64,000 nt of DNA from positions 11,879 through 75,878 of the IMG/VR virus record IMGVR_UViG_3300048834_000128. The stretch is one strand, 5' to 3'. Positions 52,275 through 63,785 of the stretch are shown here, one piece after another; position 1 is the stretch's first letter; each line of letters starts with the position of its first letter. The stretch is from a virus. The notes beneath the pieces are model-generated. The model saw only the letters and a list, made by a program, of their open reading frames with translations. It was not told where the DNA came from and made no database searches. A program made the position numbers and the translations under genes.

Positions 52275-54425
52275 TTAAGGTTCGCAATCGAATCCGAGAC
52301 TCTTATGTTTGACGACCTGGATAATTTTTGCGGGTGATTTGACGTATCGAGGATTGAAGAAGGTATCTGAATCGGTATCTTTGAAAGGAATGAGTCTTAT
52401 CCATTTGGGTTGTGACTTAGGTTCCTGAACGAGAAGGTCTGCAGCGAATATTTCCTTCATCCTTCAAAAATAATGGTATCGGGATATACATAGACTACCT
52501 GACCGCTCTTGTCCTTGCATAGTGCGAGTGTTTCGGGGAGGTGCTTGACGGTCTGCTCGTATCGTGTTATTATTCCGTCGGTGGTCATTATAGGAACGAG
52601 TTCGGGCACGGGAGTGATACGTTGCGCCCATTGGATGAACTCGAGGGTGTCGTATTTCTTCTCTCCCGTGTCTTGGTCTGTTTCGTAGACAGCCTTTATG
52701 AATACTGAGTCAGTCATGCCGAAGTTGCGAGATAGATTATGAATGAGAGTATCGCTATTGCAATGAATAGGTCCAACCAACTCGGAGGGTCGGGAAATCC
52801 GTCGTAACGGCTTGATTCGTCGAGTGCGGATTCATGGTCGAAATGGTTGTTGTCTATCATGGCAGATTTTCTTTTACTTGAGGGTTCACAACAAGTCGAT
52901 TGCCTCCCCTGCCTTTCATGTATAAGTATGGAGGCACGCCCATTTCGTAGGCCAAGTCCATTATAATAGACTCCTGTTTTGATAAAGGCTTTGGTTTAAC
53001 CAAGCCATCTTTTGTCTTTATCCTGAAATATTCGTTATAATATTCTGATGGTTTCATAATTTCTTTCTTGATAAAAAGTTGTGGTTCCAAGTTGTGTCGA
53101 GGTGAGCGATGTAAGTGTGTATGCCGACCAATACAATGTCAATCGCATACAGAACACTCAGAGAGATAATATCTAATGCGTACAATATGCTGACGAAGGC
53201 AAATGAGTACATAAATAATATCCCCCACTCCTTATACATATTTCTGAATTGTCTTCTTGTCATGATTTAATGCCTCCTATAAATTCATCCCAATCATCTA
53301 TCGTGTCAGCGTCCTCGCCTTTAATATGCAAATCATCCCCGCCTCTACATCTGAAATATGTGCACCCCTTGCACCTATCAATACCATGCAGTCTTTGAGA
53401 CTTACACCCTAAACAACCTCCATGGAATATTATATTAGGGTTATCCCCTCTTATTACATAAGCATTAGGTTTATACTTTCGATACAATTCTTTCCAATTG
53501 GCATCATCGTATATTTTATAATAGATGTATTGGTCATCATCAAGGCATTGGGTGGCGAAACTATCACTACCATGTTCGGCTTGCCATATCATTTCAAATC
53601 CCTCTTCTTCTGTCTCAGCATCCTTCATATAATCTCGAGTACCTGCCATAAATAGAAGTTCATCTCGGGTATATAATGGTCTCCAATCAGGGGTATCCGA
53701 GGGTTTGTACGGAGGGTTCTCCGCTTTGTGTGTCGCCCTTATCAATAGAAGGACAATGACAAATGGCAATAAAAATAGTATATCGTTCATCATGGCAGTA
53801 TTAAGTCACCCGAGCATTCGTCGGATTGTTTTGTTTTCGGTGGTATCCCCCACTCAAGTCCTTCTCCCCACTTCTCAAAGGCGGATTGTTCCTTGGCGCG
53901 CTCAAAAGCAATATGCCCTTCTTGGCTAATTGGGTCTACCCTTCTTATACCTTCCTCCCCAAGATGCACCAAGGCTTCACCGAAATTAAAGAAATCATTG
54001 AATACAAGATTTTTCATACCTTCACTTATATGCTTCATCTGTCTATGTTCAAAATCCATATAATTCAAGTCATACCATGCCCCGTTTATCTGAACGGAAG
54101 TTGTCAATTGTTTATTCTTCCAATTGCAGTCGTCGTATATGTTCTCTTCGGTCATATCTCAAAACCTATCAATCTTGGTGCATGAAACTATATAGACGAA
54201 ATTCTCCAATGAAGAAATATTGCTTCTCGCCTTATCCTCATTGTCTGCGGTAAGTCTTGTCTCTCGGTCGGAACCTTCGCTATCAACCCACCATACCCTG
54301 AATGTGGGAGGTGCGGATGTCTGAAAGTTCTCTTCGGGAGATTCGTGGTTCTTGTTCGGAAGTGTCACGTCAAGGTCGTGTTCGCCTTTCTGAAGGTCGT
54401 CGGTAGGTGGTCTTTGGTTGGTCAT
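52275..54425 (-). other. Chain of small hypothetical early ORFs (52275-52460, 52457-52717, 52714-52860, 52857-53057, 53054-53263, 53260-53793, 53790-54155, 54159-54425)
   Basis: ATGA-coupled chain. Confidence 0.6.
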
Positions 54426-54437
54426 TGGATTGTTGTT

Positions 54438-54821
54438 TTACTTTACAAATATAAGTGTTGAATCGTGGTTTTTTCTCCTTACGAGCTGACTATATATGAC
54501 TCCGTATGAAACTCCCATCTGTTGGGACGCTTCCATCATCGAGCGGTACGTCTTTCCCGTGGATAGGTCGTAAACCTTCTTTGCCGCACCATTGGAATAC
54601 TCCATAGGGGTTATGTACTTTGACTCGGGGAGTTCGGGAAGTTCGTTCATGAACTTGGCATCCTTCCATCTCGGGAGTCGGTTTTCGGTCATTATGAACT
54701 TGTCCTGAAGGCACTTGTCGCATCTGTGGTGGTCAACGGAGTTAATGTGTCCGCACTCAAGGCAGTTCCACATTCCCATCCCGAATAGTTTCTCGTCGGT
54801 GTATTGTTTGATATTATTCAT
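54438..54821 (-). CDS. Zn-ribbon plus NUMOD1-like HTH protein
   Basis: WNCLECG...CDKC; KKVYDLSTGKTYRSMMEAS. Confidence 0.6.
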   Translation of the reverse strand: MNNIKQYTDEKLFGMGMWNCLECGHINSVDHHRCDKCLQDKFIMTENRLPRWKDAKFMNELPELPESKYITPMEYSNGAAKKVYDLSTGKTYRSMMEASQQMGVSYGVIYSQLVRRKNHDSTLIFVK

Positions 54822-56162
54822 TTATTGTTGTCCGTATTCTATGTATTCCGTAAATATACCCGTCAGTTTGTGGAACGTGAACTTTCTGCCTCCAACCATT
54901 CCTCCCCTATTCTTCGCTATTATCAGTTCTATGACGGGGTTTAGATCCGATTTGTCCTGTGCATTCTCGTCGTAAATAAATATCACGAGGTTGGCGTCCT
55001 GCTCGAGTGAACCTGATTCTCTGAGGTCACTTAGCATCGGCTTGGAGTTAGCTCCTCTTTTCTCCACATCCCTGCTTAACTGAGCAAGTGCTATTATCGG
55101 CATATCCAATTCCTTTGCCGTGTTCTTTATGGATTGGCTTATGAAGGATATCTCCTGCTCCCTGTTGCCCACCTTAGTTCCCGCCTTCATCAACTGAAGG
55201 TAGTCCACTATTATCATCTGAACTCCGTACATCTTCTTCATCTTCCGTGCCTTAGCCTTGAATTGGGCTACCGACAATCCCGAAGTGTCATCCACATAGA
55301 TAGGCACGTCATAGGTCGTCTCCTGAATGAATCTCCAATTATCTTCCGTAAGGTTGTTCTTGGTGATATTCAGTTTATTCACTCCCGCCCTTATTCCTAA
55401 CAGATTGTTGGCAAGTTCGTTCTCCGTCATTTCAAGTGAGAATATCCCCACGGGAATCCCTTTTGATGCAGCATTGTTAGCAAAATTCAGTGCTGCGGTC
55501 GATTTGCCCCCTCCTGGCCTTCCCGCCAATATTATCATGTTACCCTTCTGCCAACCCGGAATTACCTTGTTGAGTTCGTGGTATCCCGTGTCTATGCCGG
55601 TAATGTGTATCTTCTTGTTCTGTGCGTCGTCAATCTCCTTGATCCGTCGTTTGATTACGGGTTCGATATGCACCGCTTCCTTCCCTTGTTCGACGGAAAT
55701 CCTGTCGAGTGCGATATTGAGGTCGTTCTTGACTGCGAATACGTCGGCTTTATCTCGGTAACATTCACGCACCACGTCGGAACACCTGACTATAAGTTCT
55801 CTCAATGCCCATTTTTCGTATATGATGGCACAATGGTATTCTATGTTAGCGGTACTTGACACCTTTTGGGTGAGTTTGGCAAGATAGAACGCACCGCCTA
55901 TGAGGTCGAGATGGTTTGACTTCTTGAGTTGCTCGGAAACGGTAATCATGTCTATGGGCTGATTGGTGTTCGATAGTGACACGCACGCTTCGTATATGAG
56001 TCTGTGGGCATCCATGTAGAAGTAGTCTCCACGTATCATCGAGGTACGTTCGAGAATATCCTTCTCAATCATTATCGCACCCAATACCGCTTCTTCGGCA
56101 TCGAGTGCCTGTGGTGGCAGGTATCCTGATTCAAGTGCCTGTATGGGGATTATTTCGCTCAA
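54822..56162 (-). CDS. dnaB: Replicative DNA helicase
   Basis: AEEAVLG, AGRPGGGKS, FSLEM, VDYLQL, LAQLSR, DLRESGSLEQDA, IAKNRGG. Confidence 0.97.
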   Translation of the reverse strand: MSEIIPIQALESGYLPPQALDAEEAVLGAIMIEKDILERTSMIRGDYFYMDAHRLIYEACVSLSNTNQPIDMITVSEQLKKSNHLDLIGGAFYLAKLTQKVSSTANIEYHCAIIYEKWALRELIVRCSDVVRECYRDKADVFAVKNDLNIALDRISVEQGKEAVHIEPVIKRRIKEIDDAQNKKIHITGIDTGYHELNKVIPGWQKGNMIILAGRPGGGKSTAALNFANNAASKGIPVGIFSLEMTENELANNLLGIRAGVNKLNITKNNLTEDNWRFIQETTYDVPIYVDDTSGLSVAQFKAKARKMKKMYGVQMIIVDYLQLMKAGTKVGNREQEISFISQSIKNTAKELDMPIIALAQLSRDVEKRGANSKPMLSDLRESGSLEQDANLVIFIYDENAQDKSDLNPVIELIIAKNRGGMVGGRKFTFHKLTGIFTEYIEYGQQ

Positions 56163-56797
56163 TCTTGGGGTATGTTATCAAGGTTGGGGTATATGGTGTC
56201 CTGCACGGGTCTTGTAAAGATAGGGGACATTGACAAAGGGGACTGACTTATTATTTCATCATTCCACGACTTGTTGTTAAGATATGTAGAAGGGTCTTTG
56301 CGAAACTTCTTATCGGGTTGTGCCAACTTGTATTTAGGTACGTGTTGAAATATCTTTTCAATATCAGACTTTGGCAAGTTGTTGAATTTTGCTTCAATCT
56401 TAACCTTGTCACCTACTTTCTTATCATATAAATCCCAAAATCTGTCGAATGATAAAGCATTGTCATTTACATTTACATTATCAATACCATTATCATTATC
56501 ATTAGGGTTATTGGAATAACCATTCGGTTTTGTTGGGTTATTTTGGGTTTTAGGTCTTCCTCCTTTTAATCCATTTGTCTGATTCTGAGCGATAATCTTG
56601 TCGTATTTCTCTCGGTCAACACGAAATTGATTCTTCATGAAGGCAAATGGCATGTAGATAGGGGAGTCAGTTGCGGGTTCCGTTCCGTCAATCTGATACT
56701 CCATAATTGCCCTAAATAATTTACCCATGTCTTCGTCGGATAAAATTTTAATAGGGTTGTAAAAAGATTTGTAGAGAATAAAGGTGTCTTTGTTCAT
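56159..56797 (-). CDS. Replication initiator (DUF6291-like N-terminus); in-frame upstream ATG at 56977
   Basis: FILY...LSDEDMGKLFRAI, NGLKGGRPK, DNxN repeats, FDRFWDLYDKK, PSTYLN..W. Confidence 0.8.
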   Translation of the reverse strand: MNKDTFILYKSFYNPIKILSDEDMGKLFRAIMEYQIDGTEPATDSPIYMPFAFMKNQFRVDREKYDKIIAQNQTNGLKGGRPKTQNNPTKPNGYSNNPNDNDNGIDNVNVNDNALSFDRFWDLYDKKVGDKVKIEAKFNNLPKSDIEKIFQHVPKYKLAQPDKKFRKDPSTYLNNKSWNDEIISQSPLSMSPIFTRPVQDTIYPNLDNIPQD

Positions 56798-56926
56798 TGA
56801 TAAAAAAAGACCGCACCGAACACAAAGGCTGTCCAGATGGCGACAAAAGATTTGTCTAATGTGGCGATGTGAGCGATGCGGAAGATTTTTAAATAAGTTT
56901 TCATCTGAAACAGCGTCACAAATGTA
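56798..56926 (-). promoter_or_regulatory. Promoter plus attenuator-like leader of the initiator gene
   Basis: TACATTTG at 56919-56926; long hairpin 56811-56881 plus U tract. Confidence 0.6.
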
Positions 56927-57185
56927 AGGAATAAATTCGTGTTCGCAATCATTTATTTCTAAAGATAATTGTGTCATTGTGTTGTTTGTTGATTTTTAAA
57001 GTGTTATTGTTTGTAGTCGTTAAACTGATTGATTCGTTTAAACGATACCCATATCTGTATTATCACGAGAGGGATGAAGGATACGAGGATATTGAGCGGA
57101 TTTACCCAACCCATAATGGTGATTATGAGAGCATATAGACCGACGCTATTTATCGCTATTTGGATTTTGTCTAAGATTGATTCTT

Positions 57186-57569
57186 TCATTGCAATAGTTC
57201 GGGATTTTCGTAAATGTTACCTATGACTTTAATATAATGTTGCCTTGTGCCTAAATTCAAATTGTTTTTACTGTTTGTAATAACCCATCCTCCAAGATAC
57301 TCGTGCGAGAAAACAATTTCCGCCCCATCAATATTGTACGGGTCAGAAACTTTAACAATATCACCTTCATATATATCGACCCCAATCTTGTCACGAAATC
57401 CCGTGTATTGCATGAATGATGAATTATGCAACCCTACATGGTCATACCCATATTTATCGCCATTATTGTGTTCTATTTGCTGCTTCAAGCACTCTATTAC
57501 ATTATGGGTGTCATAAATCATTTTACTGCCCGTCCACATCCTGAATTTTATTTCTCTATTCATGCTCAT
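57186..57569 (-). CDS. YopX family protein
   Basis: REIKFRMW, MQYTGFRDK.G.DIYEGDIV, VIGNIYENPELL. Confidence 0.92.
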   Translation of the reverse strand: MSMNREIKFRMWTGSKMIYDTHNVIECLKQQIEHNNGDKYGYDHVGLHNSSFMQYTGFRDKIGVDIYEGDIVKVSDPYNIDGAEIVFSHEYLGGWVITNSKNNLNLGTRQHYIKVIGNIYENPELLQ

Positions 57570-57570
57570 G

Positions 57571-59321
57571 TTATTTAATATTTAAAACTTCCTCAATTTG
57601 CTGTATTCTTTTGCTTCTGACGGACTTTATGGACAGAAGATATAGGTAATCCTGTCTGCAATCGTTTAAGACTCTCTCAAGGTCTGTAATGCGTTTTCTC
57701 GCTTCCGTTAGTTCGTGCTGCAATTCCCCCTCCTTGCTCAATTCCCTCGATACCCTTCCTACTATTGCCGCCAATTCCTCATTCCCTGCACGTGATATGT
57801 AGTTTCTGATCGGTTCGCTCATTGGTTGGGTGTATTTGGCATTTTACTTGAATTATCGCACTCTTCGTGCCATATATGCGTACCGCCCCAATCGGACATT
57901 GCTGATCCCTTGAACCCTCTCTTGCCGCAAACGCTGCATTTATCAAAGTATCTTCTTCTCATTCTCTGGTATGGGTGGAACTGAATTGACCAATGATGGA
58001 TGTGCCACTTCGGATGCTGATACCATTTTCTTAATTTTCTCAATATATCGGTATAAACTATTTCGGCACACTCTCTTATCATTTCATCTCTCTTTTCTTT
58101 GGTGTATGATACATTGCATCCTATTTGAAACTTACGGACAATCACATCTCTGATGCTATCCCTGTTGTTCTCGGCAAAATATGTAATTTCATCCCTATGC
58201 TTACGCATGAACTTCCATGACTTATCCCATGCCTTTGATGGGGATATTTTGTCAAACGGATTGAACACTATCTTTGAAGCATAAAGATACATATTAAACA
58301 CGATGCCTTGAACCGACATTACATTTTCTCCGTACTTATTGAACCATCCACAATTGTATTCAAACCCATTTTCCCCGATGTGTACGCTATCCCACTCCAT
58401 ATTAAATTCCTTTACAATCATCTCATAAATACGCTTATCTGTATGTCGGAGTCTTATGAACCATCCGCAACTATCATCTGTTCCGTCTGTTTCAGGGTCG
58501 TTATGCCAAATGGTTATGAATGGGGATTTGTAGTGTCCGTTCTTTTTCTTTTTTCTGCCTAAGTATATGTCAAAGGCGACTGATTTTGGGTCGTGCATAT
58601 TGTCGTATTTTAATATTTAATCCTATAACTATTTATCCTTCCGTAGTACAAGTCGAGTCTCCTACGATACCAAGATTTCGCCCTTGAAATAAGGTTCTTG
58701 ACCACAAGGTACGCACCATATCCGAAAGTCGCACTCCATTGTAGGGGCATCTTGAACGGATCAATTATGTTCGCCCGAATCTCGCTATATCTCCCTTGCT
58801 CGAGTTTGTTCGCACGTTTGTAGTATTGGAAGGTGCATTCGAGTCCTATGATATAGTAGAGTCCTATAAGTAGCAGTATGGTCATACCTTCTCCTCCTTC
58901 CTTTCCAATATTTCGGTAAGTTCTGAAATGTCCATCAGTGGGGCGAATAATGATTCGCTTAAATACCATTCATCCCCGTTTGCATACCTCAGTCCTTTGC
59001 ATATCGAACATTGCACCAATGGGGTATGTATTGTAATGCCTACATCTAATAAAACATCACAACATGGTTTAACTATACCATTTATTGTATATATTTTACC
59101 TTTTATCACAGCCAAATTAGAATGTGACTTAATGCAAACTATCTCTTGTCCTATATACCAGTTCATACCTTCCCCCTCCTTTCAAAGAATCGGTAAAGTC
59201 TCGGCCCTGCACATTGTGCCACCACTCCCATAACTACATGCAGTACAAGACCTGATGCAAGATACAGAAAGAACGGATGCTCGCCCGCCTGTCTGATTAG
59301 TTCCTCGTTCGGTTGTTTCAT
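57571..59321 (-). other. Hypothetical ORFs (57571-57822, 57819-58598, 58610-58885, 58882-59166, 59163-59321)
   Basis: Coupled, co-oriented ORFs. Confidence 0.6.
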
Positions 59322-59344
59322 TTTTTATTAAAGTTTAAATAGGT

Positions 59345-60127
59345 TTAAATTCTGTGCCAATTTCTGTTCATCCAATCCCTGCACTCCTTGATTCTGTCTA
59401 TCATGCCCTCAATCTTCGCCTCATCCCTGAATACCTCAACCTCATGCACCCTCTTCGCCTCTGGAATGTCATAATCCCATTCTTCCATAGGGGTATGCAG
59501 TTCAAACCATGGATAGTCCTTTAGGAACAATCCCATGTCGAATATGCTCTCCTTCTCAAGTTCCTTGCAATCCTCGATGTATTCGGGAGTCTCTATGTCG
59601 ATTATCTCATGCTTCTTCTTGAGTCTGTATTTCTCATCCATCAGAAGGGTTGCGGGGGTGTTTACGAGGCAATGTGCCACGATGTGCTTGGTCGCCTTCG
59701 ATAATGCCATATACACCAATCCCTGATACATATAGTCGTCGTCGGTTTCCTCGTCAAGGAATGAAGGAAATGTCGCCATCGACCATGAGGACTTGGTATC
59801 CACTATCTCATTCGAGTCAAAGAACGTCTCTCCGTCGAACAAATCACATTCTCCGCTAAAATACTCATTCTCCCTTCTTTCCTCGTTCTTGCGGTAGAAT
59901 CTGCCCTTTACGATCGTGTACAATGTTATGCTCGACTCCTCGGCAATATTACCCTTCTTGGTGTACTTATTGGCAATCTTTGGTCTTCTGCCGTACTTGT
60001 ACTGACGCATAAGTGCCACAAGTTCCCTCTTGCAGGTCAGAGAATCCTCGACGGACCATTTCTTCTTCACTCCGGTCATTATCTTGCCCATCGAGGAGGC
60101 TCTGAAAAGAATGTTATTTGCTTCCAT
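59345..60127 (-). CDS. YqaJ/lambda-exonuclease-like nuclease
   Basis: FRASSMGKIM, KG..AE, SGECD, DTKSSW, YMYQGLVYM. Confidence 0.85.
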   Translation of the reverse strand: MEANNILFRASSMGKIMTGVKKKWSVEDSLTCKRELVALMRQYKYGRRPKIANKYTKKGNIAEESSITLYTIVKGRFYRKNEERRENEYFSGECDLFDGETFFDSNEIVDTKSSWSMATFPSFLDEETDDDYMYQGLVYMALSKATKHIVAHCLVNTPATLLMDEKYRLKKKHEIIDIETPEYIEDCKELEKESIFDMGLFLKDYPWFELHTPMEEWDYDIPEAKRVHEVEVFRDEAKIEGMIDRIKECRDWMNRNWHRI

Positions 60128-61025
60128 TGGTGAGTTCCTCGATTTTCTTCTCAAAGTGCGCCTTATCTACCGATGGGTGTTGTTCCATGAGTTTGTTCAC
60201 GGACTCTACATCTTTCTGTTTTGCAAGAAGTGCGAGTATTCTGTCGGTTTCAATCTCTTCCTTTGTCTTAGGCTTGGTCTTTGACTTGAAAGCCTGTTCG
60301 ACGGTCACGTCACCATCCTTGATGGCGGTCCCTATTCCTATCAGCACAACGAGGTCGTCTGCAGTGATATGGGATACCGACGCCTTGCCTATTGCAAACA
60401 GAATGTCCTCTTCCTTTACCGAGTAGGTATCCTTGAGTCCGTTGAGAACCTGAGTCCTCTTGGCAATCAGTTTGGTTTCATCCGATACGTCACCCGTGAG
60501 GGTTGCCTTTGCAGCATTATACACCTTATCAACAACGGGTCTCGGTATTACGGATAGGACTGCGTTTCTCAATGCTATCGAGTTTGCCGCATTGCCTGTG
60601 ACGGTAATCATATCGTCTGTGAACCTTCCCGTCTTACCCACTATCGAACGCTTCACCTGAGTCTTGATGGCAAGGTTGTTCTCAAGGTCGAAACACACCG
60701 CTTCCGATGTGACCTGCCTGTCGTCTATTGACACGACCTTTGCATCTACCCTGAGATTTCCCCACACCTGAGCGAGTATCTTGGCAAGGTGTACGGATGG
60801 TCCCGTTATGGGTTTACCTCCACGTGGAACCGAATATGTACATGTTTTTGCGGTTTCCGCATCAAGGGTTACTATCGCTATTGCGTTCTCTGTGGACTTC
60901 TTGATATTGCGTGGAAAGTTCTTTGCCGTTGCAATCTGAACGTCAATCATTGCTCGGTCTTGTTGTTCGTAAATTCCAATCTCCTGAGTGGGTATTACTA
61001 TTTCTTCGTTGTTTTCTGTTGTCAT
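60114..61025 (-). CDS. Putative ssDNA-annealing recombinase
   Basis: AKNFPRN and GPSVHLA..WGNL motifs; adjacent to the exonuclease. Confidence 0.55.
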   Translation of the reverse strand: MTTENNEEIVIPTQEIGIYEQQDRAMIDVQIATAKNFPRNIKKSTENAIAIVTLDAETAKTCTYSVPRGGKPITGPSVHLAKILAQVWGNLRVDAKVVSIDDRQVTSEAVCFDLENNLAIKTQVKRSIVGKTGRFTDDMITVTGNAANSIALRNAVLSVIPRPVVDKVYNAAKATLTGDVSDETKLIAKRTQVLNGLKDTYSVKEEDILFAIGKASVSHITADDLVVLIGIGTAIKDGDVTVEQAFKSKTKPKTKEEIETDRILALLAKQKDVESVNKLMEQHPSVDKAHFEKKIEELTNGSK

Positions 61026-61028
61026 TTA

Positions 61029-62324
61029 TTAGATATTTTCTGCGATCTGATTAGCCCATGATTTGAATGACTCGAACTTTGAGGTTATTTCGGCATAGGC
61101 TTTAACCGATTCCTCGCTTTTAAGGGATAGTTCGGGCATTGACAGGGATTGTATCGCTTCCTTGACCTTAATGGCGTCAGGTGCCTTCTGTGCCTTCTTC
61201 TCTGCTGCGATACGTGCTTTCTCCAATCTGTCGGCTTCCGCCTTACGTTCGGACTCCTCTTTCTGTTTCTGAGCGAGTTCGTCGGCAAGTCGCTTATTCT
61301 CCGCTTCAACTTTCTCTCGCTCGATACGTTCCGCTTCCGCCTTATCTGCTGCCGCTTTCTCCAACGCAAGACGTTCTTGTTCCTTCGCTTCGTAGATTGC
61401 CTTCCTATCGGCAAGGAGTGTTTCAAACTCGCTTTCCGTAAGTTCCGCCACATCGCTATGGTGGGTATATCCGCACTGGCTCAACTGACTCGTTCTGATT
61501 GTTCTCTGACGTGCCTGTTCAATACGCTTGGTTTCGGCTTCTTCTGCCTCCTTCTTCAATCTCTCGTTCTCAAGTCTCACTTTCTCCTGCTCGGCTTCAT
61601 AGGTCGCCTTGACGCTTTCCACTACCTTTACAAAGGTGTTCCATTCGTCGTTCGTAAGGGTTCCGAAGTTCTGTTCCTTGCTTTCATCGCTCATGTGCTG
61701 CCATAATCCTTCCGCCATGAGAATCTCCTTCCTACCGGCATGGATGTTTCTTATTTCCTGCTCACGCTTCTCCTGTGCAATCCTTTCCTGTTCCGCTTTC
61801 TCGGCTGCTTCCTTCTGTGCTTTCAGTCCGCCTACGAAGGTCTCGAACATTTCATCCGATAGGTTGATGACCATTTCGCTTGTAACGGCAGGAAAGTCCT
61901 TTACAATATCCATTCTTTGGGCAATCTTAGCCTGTCTTTCCTGTGCTTCGATAAGTTCCTTGAATTTCTCCTGCTTTTCGAGGTGTTCCTCGATTGCGGA
62001 AATCTTCGCTTCAAACTTGTTGTAGATGTCCTGGACTACCTTGTTATATAGGGTGGCATCGGCTTTGAGTTCCTTACGCACCTTGTCGGCACTTGTCCTG
62101 ACCTTAACCAATGCGAGTCTTGACTCCCTTGCCGCCTTCATGAGGTCGGTCTGTGATACGTCGGTTACTTGGATTTGATTTGCTTTGGCTTCCCATTCGT
62201 CGAATTGTGCCGCGAAGGGTTGGAATGCTTCGAGAATCTGATTTCTCGTGATGGTCGATAGCCCGTTGATTGATTCCACGCTGAGAATCTCAGGTGCTTT
62301 GATTGGTTCTGTTTCGTTATTCAT
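61029..62324 (-). CDS. Coiled-coil protein (DUF1351/Gam-like position)
   Basis: E/K/A heptads; upstream of the recombinase. Confidence 0.55.
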   Translation of the reverse strand: MNNETEPIKAPEILSVESINGLSTITRNQILEAFQPFAAQFDEWEAKANQIQVTDVSQTDLMKAARESRLALVKVRTSADKVRKELKADATLYNKVVQDIYNKFEAKISAIEEHLEKQEKFKELIEAQERQAKIAQRMDIVKDFPAVTSEMVINLSDEMFETFVGGLKAQKEAAEKAEQERIAQEKREQEIRNIHAGRKEILMAEGLWQHMSDESKEQNFGTLTNDEWNTFVKVVESVKATYEAEQEKVRLENERLKKEAEEAETKRIEQARQRTIRTSQLSQCGYTHHSDVAELTESEFETLLADRKAIYEAKEQERLALEKAAADKAEAERIEREKVEAENKRLADELAQKQKEESERKAEADRLEKARIAAEKKAQKAPDAIKVKEAIQSLSMPELSLKSEESVKAYAEITSKFESFKSWANQIAENI

Positions 62325-62350
62325 GTTGATTAAATTATTGTTTCTAAAGT

Positions 62351-62581
62351 TTAAATCCGTCTATAAATTATGACCCACTTGTACCTGCTTTTGGCAATGG
62401 GTCTGAGATCCTCGTCCATACGTTCCACCACCTCATGTATTCCTCCCTTATTGGTATAGACCTCGTATTTCCATCCTTTCTTGGTTTCCTGCCTTCCTAT
62501 CACCACTCCCCTGAACCATAGTCCGTCCACCTTGAAAGACCTGCATTCCACAATATCGAGCAATCGAAATACTTTCACCAT
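62351..62581 (-). CDS. Hypothetical protein
   Basis: Directly after a consensus promoter. Confidence 0.55.
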   Translation of the reverse strand: MVKVFRLLDIVECRSFKVDGLWFRGVVIGRQETKKGWKYEVYTNKGGIHEVVERMDEDLRPIAKSRYKWVIIYRRI

Positions 62582-62588
62582 TGGTTGA

Positions 62589-62620
62589 CAAATGTAATAC
62601 GACGTAATCTAAATTGCAAA
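62589..62620 (-). promoter_or_regulatory. sigmaA-type promoter with TAC-N3-GTA palindrome
   Basis: TTTG-N20-TACATTTG on the - strand; TACGACGTA at 62598-62606. Confidence 0.75.
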
Positions 62621-62627
62621 ATTATTT

Positions 62628-63785
62628 TTATTCTTTTTCCTTCGGTTTGGACGATATGGTGTATTTCTCCCTATTAATATGCACATATTCAAACTCTTGG
62701 TCGCAATGACTACATTCCACTTCCCCTCTAAAATTGGAATCCACATCATCATTGTCAGGTTCCCAATCTTCAAATTCATCATCACATTCGATGGTGTTTT
62801 TGGTGTTGCATTTCGGGCATACGAATTTCAATGAGAAGGTATAGGTAGTCTTCTCGTCTATCTTCATCTCCATTTCGCCTTCATAGATTTCTTCCTCCTC
62901 TTCGTCGGTTACGGAAGACCTATTGAAGTTCTTGGACTTATACCAAGATTCTCCGAGTTTGTCCTTCAGTGCCGATACTTGGGCGGGATTCCCAAACTCA
63001 GGCTTGACCACGTTTCCGCTTTCGTCAACGAATTGTCCGTTTCTAATTGTCAGTGCCATAGGTGTTTCAGATTTGTTTTCTCGTTACCGTCAGTTCGGGT
63101 TTGGTGTCCCTTATATCGGGCATAGGATTGATCCGCCCCTTCTCAATCGCTTTTTTGATAAGCACTCCAATGGAAATATCATTGGGCTGGGGCAGGTGTA
63201 TGAAGTCGTTTCGCTTTTTTGTCGCCATGATGTATGTTATTTAAAGTTTTTCAATTTCCGATTTGACCTCTTGCCAATAGTCCATAGACATTAAAAAACA
63301 ATAGGGGTCATCTTTAGGGGTAGATTTCACTAATATGGAGTCTATTTCGGCAATCGCTATCAATGCACATTGTTTGGCATTTTTGGTCTGTTCTTCATAA
63401 CTGAATACAAAGTCATTTTCTCCGTCTATGTCGTTAATCACATACTTACGGAATGACTCAACTAATGCCTTCGCTTTTTCTTGTGGTGTTTTCATTTGTT
63501 CATCAATTTAATTACTTTCTCCCTTAGTGCTTCTATGTCTGATAGGAGGGATGATAGGGATTCGGTTTGTGAGTCTTGCGATAGCGAACCAGATTCAGCC
63601 CAATTTATACCCCACCAATAATCATAACCTTCATCTGTAAACTCCCAATCCATTGTGTACACATCGCACAATCTTAATTCACCTATCTCTGTATCTGTAT
63701 ATTTGGCATTTTTATCTGAATACTCCCTACACCTCTTAATGGCAAGGTTTCTTACTTCTTCGTTCTTAATGTCTTTTATTAGCAT
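62628..63785 (-). other. Hypothetical ORFs (62628-63059 Zn-ribbon, 63067-63228, 63241-63495, 63492-63785)
   Basis: Co-oriented ORFs; CxxC pairs in the first. Confidence 0.6.

Larger units (their letters stand above)
49260..52278 (+). pseudogene. NUMOD4-HNH homing endonuclease split by an IS (49260-49430 joined to 51871-52278 gives 192 aa)
   Basis: NUMOD4 EEWRPVVGYEGLYEVSNLGRVKS; HNH LHRLIA...INHIDGNRLNNSIDNLEW; the halves join in frame. Confidence 0.92.
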
